Shown in pieces: positions 59,338 through 64,000 of a stretch of DNA of 64,000 nt; within the stretch, counting starts at the first letter, position 1, and the number at the start of each line of letters is the position of its first letter. The notes beneath the pieces are model-generated. The model searched no databases. It saw nothing but the letters and a program-made list of their open reading frames with translations, and was not told the origin of the DNA. A program made the position numbers and the translations under genes. Source of the DNA: Rhizobiaceae bacterium (lineage in GTDB: Bacteria > Pseudomonadota > Alphaproteobacteria > Rhizobiales > Rhizobiaceae). The DNA lies in NCBI GenBank assembly GCA_032057925.1, contig DAMCEK010000008.1, positions 19,888-83,887 on the forward strand, given 5' to 3'.

Positions 59338-59448
59338 TTATTCTTGTTGCAGGTCGGTAACGGTACGGTTGCGTTTGGTTTTTGCATCGATATAAAGCCT
59401 GGAAGAAGATCGACCATTGGCAGATCCCCAACCGTCAAAGGCAAGACG

Positions 59449-60156
59449 ATGGCCCCGCATTCAAATAAAAAGACAGACAAAGAGGCTTTGCTGGAAACAG
59501 TTTCTACCGGGAAACAGCAGTCTGCTCGTGCCAGATCAAAAGGTGGACGACCTTCAAGGAAAGCCCTTGAGGAGCTCAATCGCCGTATCCTTGACACTGC
59601 AACTCGACTGTTCGCCTCCCAAGGATTTGCTGCAACGTCCATGGAGCAGGTCGCTTTGGCTTGTAACGCGGGCAAGGATACAATTTATCGCCGCTATCCT
59701 TCGAAGGCTGCTCTTTTCGCTGCATTGATTCAGGGATTGCAATCGCAGGTTCTCGAAGAGCTTGACGCCTTGATGGCAAGGGAAGGGACGTCGCTTGAAC
59801 GCCTCCGGCTTTATGCTCGCGCACTACTCGCAATCAATCTGCGACCGCAGATGGTCGCGCTCAATCGCGTTGCCTTGGGTGAGGCCGTGGGTTTGGGCGG
59901 CATGCAGCCGACACCTGTGGCACAGGATCCGATCATGGCGAGGTTCACGTCACTGATCGTTGAAGCGCAGGTCGATCACCTGATTACAAAAGGAGGTCCG
60001 TTATTCATCGCCGAGCAGCTTCTCTACGCGACCTCGATTAAGCCGCTGATCTCCACTATGCTTGGCGAGGGCCGTTTCTCTGATCCAGCCGATGAAGAGA
60101 GATATTTCGATCAGGCTTGGCAGTTGTTCATGCAGGGTGGGCAAGCGAACATTTGA
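59449..60156 (+). CDS. TetR-family transcriptional regulator
   Basis: HTH ILDTATRLFASQGFAATSMEQVALACNAGKDTIYRRYPSKAALF; 235 aa from ATG 59449. Confidence 0.88.
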   Translation: MAPHSNKKTDKEALLETVSTGKQQSARARSKGGRPSRKALEELNRRILDTATRLFASQGFAATSMEQVALACNAGKDTIYRRYPSKAALFAALIQGLQSQVLEELDALMAREGTSLERLRLYARALLAINLRPQMVALNRVALGEAVGLGGMQPTPVAQDPIMARFTSLIVEAQVDHLITKGGPLFIAEQLLYATSIKPLISTMLGEGRFSDPADEERYFDQAWQLFMQGGQANI

Positions 60157-60265
60157 GGCAACTATGCCAAGCTGCAAAGTGGTATTGCGCATGCCGGTGA
60201 ACGCCATTTGAAAGATACGGCTGAAATAGCGATGCTTCTGGGTGCGTTCTTTCGAAAGCAAATTT

Positions 60266-61237
60266 TTAGCGCATATATTTGCTTGGAAGAACGCCTTTTT
60301 TCTCACGAAATATCTTGCTGAAATGACTCAGATTATCGAAGCCGACCGTATAGGCGGCTTCTGTCACGCTTGAACCCGCTGCAAGAAGCGTTGCTGCGGC
60401 TTCCAGCCGGATAGCGCGCAAATGCGCATGGACGGACCTGCCTATAGTAAGACGGAATCCTTCCTTCAGCCGCCTTTCGTTCAGGCCGACCTCGCGTGCC
60501 AGCCGCGGGATGGTCCAGTCGTCGCTGTAATGATTTTCGATCAGCTCCAGCGCATTATTCAGCCGCCGTATTTCCTCGTCGCTCAAGGGCTTGAGCGGGG
60601 TTTCGGCCTTGTTGCGCGACGCCGCATCGATTGCGATGCTGAGTGCCTCGATGGATTTGCTGTAAAGATGCAAGCGGCGCGCAAGCCCATATTCGAAACG
60701 GCATTGCATGAGGCTGGTCGCAGCTGCGATCAATTCCGGCGGTGCCTTGAAGCCGATGAGAAACACGTCCTGTTCCGGCAGACTGTGCTCGCTCAATACC
60801 GCTCCACCCAATTGCGCCAGTGAAACGCCGCCCAGTTTTTCGAGCAGCGGTGGCTCGAAACGAATGTCGAGCACCCGCAGGCGGCGTCCTGCCCAGATGC
60901 GGTTTTCTCCACGGGTGACGCGCTTGCAGGCAAAAAGCACTGCTGCGCCGGATGCGATCTCGAATGGTGCTGCGCCATCGACCGACAAGGTGCCCGCACC
61001 GTCGAGGAAGACCGAAAGCGAAAAGGTCGCCGGGCCTTCCGGGTGAAAAACCATGTCCTGCGTCGGCGTCACGTCGATCATGTAGACGGTGACATCCGTA
61101 TCGGGCTGCTCGACTGTCGTGAATGCGCGCCAGCCGAGCTGGTCGATTTCTCCATCAACGACGTCACGCCAGCTTTCCGGCTGCGTGGTCTGACTTTCCA
61201 GCGCGGAAAGCGGAATTGAAGTGTCAGGCAAGGTCAT
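60266..61237 (-). CDS. AraC-family transcriptional regulator (RhrA/PchR-like context)
   Basis: C-terminal AraC HTH (WTIPRLAREVGLNERRLKEGFRLTIGRSVHAHLRAIRL...AAYTVGFDNLSHFSKIFREKKG). Divergent from a TonB-dependent receptor gene. Confidence 0.87.
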   Translation of the reverse strand: MTLPDTSIPLSALESQTTQPESWRDVVDGEIDQLGWRAFTTVEQPDTDVTVYMIDVTPTQDMVFHPEGPATFSLSVFLDGAGTLSVDGAAPFEIASGAAVLFACKRVTRGENRIWAGRRLRVLDIRFEPPLLEKLGGVSLAQLGGAVLSEHSLPEQDVFLIGFKAPPELIAAATSLMQCRFEYGLARRLHLYSKSIEALSIAIDAASRNKAETPLKPLSDEEIRRLNNALELIENHYSDDWTIPRLAREVGLNERRLKEGFRLTIGRSVHAHLRAIRLEAAATLLAAGSSVTEAAYTVGFDNLSHFSKIFREKKGVLPSKYMR

Positions 61238-61362
61238 GTGTTTGGTGCGCTCGCAGAATTAGTCCCGTTTGCGTCAATCGCGGTTCGGAAAACGTTAGCC
61301 GATCTATCAAATAAGTGGAATAGAAACATCAAGTTTAATGCGATTACTCGGTTTGGGTCGAT

Positions 61363-63408
61363 ATGCTTGATACAAAAAAGATGATTCTGGGCAGTTCCAT
61401 TTGCCTGTGGGCTGTGAGCACGAGCGGCGTTCTGGCCGAGGAAAACGCAAGCATCGTCCTCGATACGATCACCGTTACAGCGTCCAAGCGCGAACAGGCG
61501 CTCGACAAGATTGATGGCTCGGTATCAGCAGTCACCGGCGAACAGCTTGAAGATCGTGGCATCCGCACGGTCGAGGATTTGCAGAAGGTGTTTCCGGGGT
61601 TGAGCATAGGCAATCGCGGGAATCGCATCTATTCCAATTTCACCGTTCGCGGCCAGTCCTCGCCGGATTACTTCAATCCGACCGTGCAGGTCTATGTCGA
61701 TGGTGCGCCGCAATTGCCTTCGACCTTTTCGCAGCCTTTGGTGGATGTGGAGCGTGTCGAGTTGCTGCGCGGGCCACAGGGTACGCTTTATGGTGCGAAC
61801 GCCTATGGCGGCGTTATCAACATCATTACGAAAAAGAACGATCGCAATCGTTTCTATGTGCAGACGAATATCTCGGCTCAAGAGCCTTCAGTCGAAATCG
61901 GTGGCACAGTGGTTCTGGCACCCGATACGCTGTTTCTCGATTATGCCGGAACTTTTGCGCATTTCTCCGGCGATATCGACGATCGGGCGACGGGGGATGA
62001 TAACATCAACACTTCCGATAACGGTTTTGGCCGCGCTACGCTGCGCTATGCGCCAAAGGGTGGTGATTTCGATGCATCTATCAGCTATTCGCGTGAATGG
62101 CTGCGGTCGCATGAAGAGGTTTATGCCTTCGAGCCGGATGTGGACGACCGCATTTACGACAGCAGTCTTTATGGCGAATTGCCGACCCTGAAACGCAAGG
62201 TCACCAATGTTTCGGGGCAGTTCAACTATCGCTTTGGCGACTTCACGCTTTCCAGTATCTCCTCCTATCAGGAGAGCGACGTTATGCGCAATTTCTCGTC
62301 CGGCGCTGGTTCTCGCTATTTCTGGCCGCAAAACGACAAGCAATTCACGCAGGAAGTGCGTCTGTCCTATGACAGCGCCGATCTTAGCGGTGTCGCGGGG
62401 CTATGGTATAGCCATGACGATTTCACCGGCACCAAGAGCGGCATTGCTGGCTATTACGGAGAAGCGCAAAACAATGTCGTCAGCGACAGTATGGCTGCCT
62501 TTGGCGAAATGACCTGGCACGCAACCGACAGGCTCGATCTTACCGGCGGCCTGCGCGCTACCTATGATCGGTCGCGCATCGATGCCGAACGCGCCGACAA
62601 ATATGGGACGGGCTATGGTTTTGAGTTCGACAACAAGGCGCATTTCACCAGTCTTCAGCCAAAGGTTGCTATTGGCTACGAAGTTGCCCCGGACGTTCGC
62701 CTCTTCGGCGTTGTTTCGCGCGGCTACAAGCCGGGTGGTTTCAACCACAGCATTTCATCACAAATCGACGCTGCTGCTTATGAAGCTGAATCTGCGTGGA
62801 ATTTCGAGGCAGGCATAAAATCAACGCTGCTTGGCGGTGCGGTCGATCTATCCGCTTCGCTCTATCACATACGCGCGACGGACAAGCAGATATATGTCGG
62901 CATGATCGGCCAGCAATTCATCCGCAATGCGGGCGAGGCTTCGAGCACGGGCATTGAAATAGAGGGTACATGGCGGGCAACACAGCGTCTGACGCTCACT
63001 GGAAACGCTGCATTCGGACGTTCGGAATTCACAGATTTCACAGATCCCTATACGAATGTCAGCTATGACGGCAATCGTGTTCCTTATGCGCCCGACGTAA
63101 CCGCGCATGTCAACGTGGCCTATGTTCTGGGTGAAGACATCCTCAACGGTACGCTGAGCGCCAATGGCGCCGTCAATTATGCCTCAAAAGTCTATTTTGA
63201 TGAGGCGAACAGCACGGGTCAGGACGGTTTCGCCACGGTGGATGCAAGTCTCGACTTCGCCAACACCTCGGGCTTCAAGGCGCAGCTCTATGTGCAGAAT
63301 ATTGCGGACAAGAGCTACAAGACTTCCGGCTATGTGAATGGCCCCTATGAACTGGGCACGCTTGGCAAGGGGCGGACTTTCGGCCTGACATTGCGCAAGG
63401 ATTTCTGA
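61363..63408 (+). CDS. TonB-dependent receptor (siderophore type)
   Basis: Signal MLDTKKMILGSSICLWAVSTSGVLA; plug motifs (LDTITVTASKRE, VELLRGPQGTLYG); terminal aromatic ...TLRKDF. Confidence 0.9.
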   Translation: MLDTKKMILGSSICLWAVSTSGVLAEENASIVLDTITVTASKREQALDKIDGSVSAVTGEQLEDRGIRTVEDLQKVFPGLSIGNRGNRIYSNFTVRGQSSPDYFNPTVQVYVDGAPQLPSTFSQPLVDVERVELLRGPQGTLYGANAYGGVINIITKKNDRNRFYVQTNISAQEPSVEIGGTVVLAPDTLFLDYAGTFAHFSGDIDDRATGDDNINTSDNGFGRATLRYAPKGGDFDASISYSREWLRSHEEVYAFEPDVDDRIYDSSLYGELPTLKRKVTNVSGQFNYRFGDFTLSSISSYQESDVMRNFSSGAGSRYFWPQNDKQFTQEVRLSYDSADLSGVAGLWYSHDDFTGTKSGIAGYYGEAQNNVVSDSMAAFGEMTWHATDRLDLTGGLRATYDRSRIDAERADKYGTGYGFEFDNKAHFTSLQPKVAIGYEVAPDVRLFGVVSRGYKPGGFNHSISSQIDAAAYEAESAWNFEAGIKSTLLGGAVDLSASLYHIRATDKQIYVGMIGQQFIRNAGEASSTGIEIEGTWRATQRLTLTGNAAFGRSEFTDFTDPYTNVSYDGNRVPYAPDVTAHVNVAYVLGEDILNGTLSANGAVNYASKVYFDEANSTGQDGFATVDASLDFANTSGFKAQLYVQNIADKSYKTSGYVNGPYELGTLGKGRTFGLTLRKDF

Positions 63409-63412
63409 CACC

Positions 63413-64000
63413 ATGTCGAATGCCGGAAATGTATCGCGTCCGCGGGTGCTGATCGCGGCGGGTGGCGTCTATACCGCCCAAAGCCTGATCGGCGGTCTTA
63501 CCTTCATGGGCATTCCCGCCATATTGCGAGCGGAGAACGTGGCGCTCGACAGGATCGGGCTGGTATCGCTCGCCATGCTGGTCTGGGCGGTGAAATTTGT
63601 CTGGTCGCCGTGGACGGAAAGGCTGCGAATTCTGCCGGATGGACGTCGCCGCTCGCGGTGGATCATCGTGACGGGGGAAGTCGTAACGGCTCTCTTGCTT
63701 ATCGGTCTGGGATTTGCCGGAACCGCCAGTTTCAACACGGTTTTGTTGCTGCTGGTGCTGATGGCTGTTGCTTCTGCAACCGTCGATATCGCCTGTGATG
63801 CCTATATCATCGAACAAATGCCAGCCGGGCAGCGCGGTGCCGGAAACGTAGCGCAAGTCGGTGGCGGTTATCTCGGTCTGATTTTTGGTAGCGGTCTTTT
63901 CGTCACTGCCACTGCATTGTGGGGCTGGTGCGTTTCCTGTCTGTTGCTGGCCTTTGTTCTACTCGTCATGGGCTTGCCCATGGCGCTCACCCCGGAAGTC
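63413..64000 (+). CDS. MFS permease, AmpG/RhtX/FptX-like siderophore transporter (3' end off-window)
   Basis: My own translation from ATG 63413 is open to the window edge: MSNAGNVSRPRVLIAAGGVYTAQSLIGGLTFMGIPAILRAENVALDRIGLVSLAMLVWAVKFVWSPWTERL... It contains the KF(L/V)WSP motif of the AmpG/RhtX group. Confidence 0.75.
   Translation, partial: MSNAGNVSRPRVLIAAGGVYTAQSLIGGLTFMGIPAILRAENVALDRIGLVSLAMLVWAVKFVWSPWTERLRILPDGRRRSRWIIVTGEVVTALLLIGLGFAGTASFNTVLLLLVLMAVASATVDIACDAYIIEQMPAGQRGAGNVAQVGGGYLGLIFGSGLFVTATALWGWCVSCLLLAFVLLVMGLPMALTPEV

Noticed and set aside
63275-63856. 193-aa minus-strand ORF
   Set aside because: It overlaps the end of the third receptor gene and is antisense to the open RhtX-like frame that starts at 63413. 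The product is Arg/His/Gln-rich and low in complexity.
1-64000. CRISPR arrays, tRNA and rRNA genes, and obvious defence genes (reverse transcriptase, restriction-modification, Abi, toxin-antitoxin pairs)
   Set aside because: I found no regularly spaced repeat arrays and no cloverleaf-like or rRNA-like segments in the intergenic regions I read. None of the ORF products shows nuclease, methylase, reverse-transcriptase or non-ABC NTPase motifs. This was a by-eye search only; tRNAscan, Infernal and DefenseFinder/PADLOC should be run.

Overview
The window looks like a Rhizobiales (Brucella/Ochrobactrum-type) replicon segment; this is inferred from gene content only. Conserved metabolic operons alternate with decayed mobile-element scars. 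From left to right:
- An iron-chelate ABC importer (5' end off-window).
- A complete histidine-utilisation locus: hutD-U-G-H-I on the minus strand, divergent from hutF-hutC.
- Nested IS30/IS5 remnants.
- A sarcosine oxidase/C1 module (soxBDAG-folD-purU) flanked by two GATase1-AraC regulators and an orphan flavoprotein.
- A NitT/TauT-type ABC importer with a LysR regulator.
- An IS5-family pseudogene.
- A roughly 5 kb AT-richer accessory island. It encodes exported proteins of unknown function, a DUF1963 protein and a broken Imm11-like gene, and ends in a GntR/FCD pseudogene.
- The alphaproteobacterial bioBFDAZ biotin operon.
- Small regulator/effector pairs (SnoaL-like/TetR and AraC/MFS).
- A second NitT/TauT importer, co-operonic with a flavoprotein and a 2x[4Fe-4S] ferredoxin.
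- A truncated luciferase-like monooxygenase abutting an IstB remnant.
- A large xenosiderophore-uptake locus: three TonB-dependent receptors, two AraC regulators, a TetR regulator, an esterase, a DUF2218-SIP reductase fusion, a binding protein and an RhtX/FptX-like MFS permease that runs off the right edge.

I found no rRNA, tRNA or CRISPR array. The best candidate for something undescribed is the 27.2-33.5 kb island, but no enzymatic or defence-type domain is recognisable by eye, so that claim stays tentative. All family assignments come from motif recognition and memory, not database searches.
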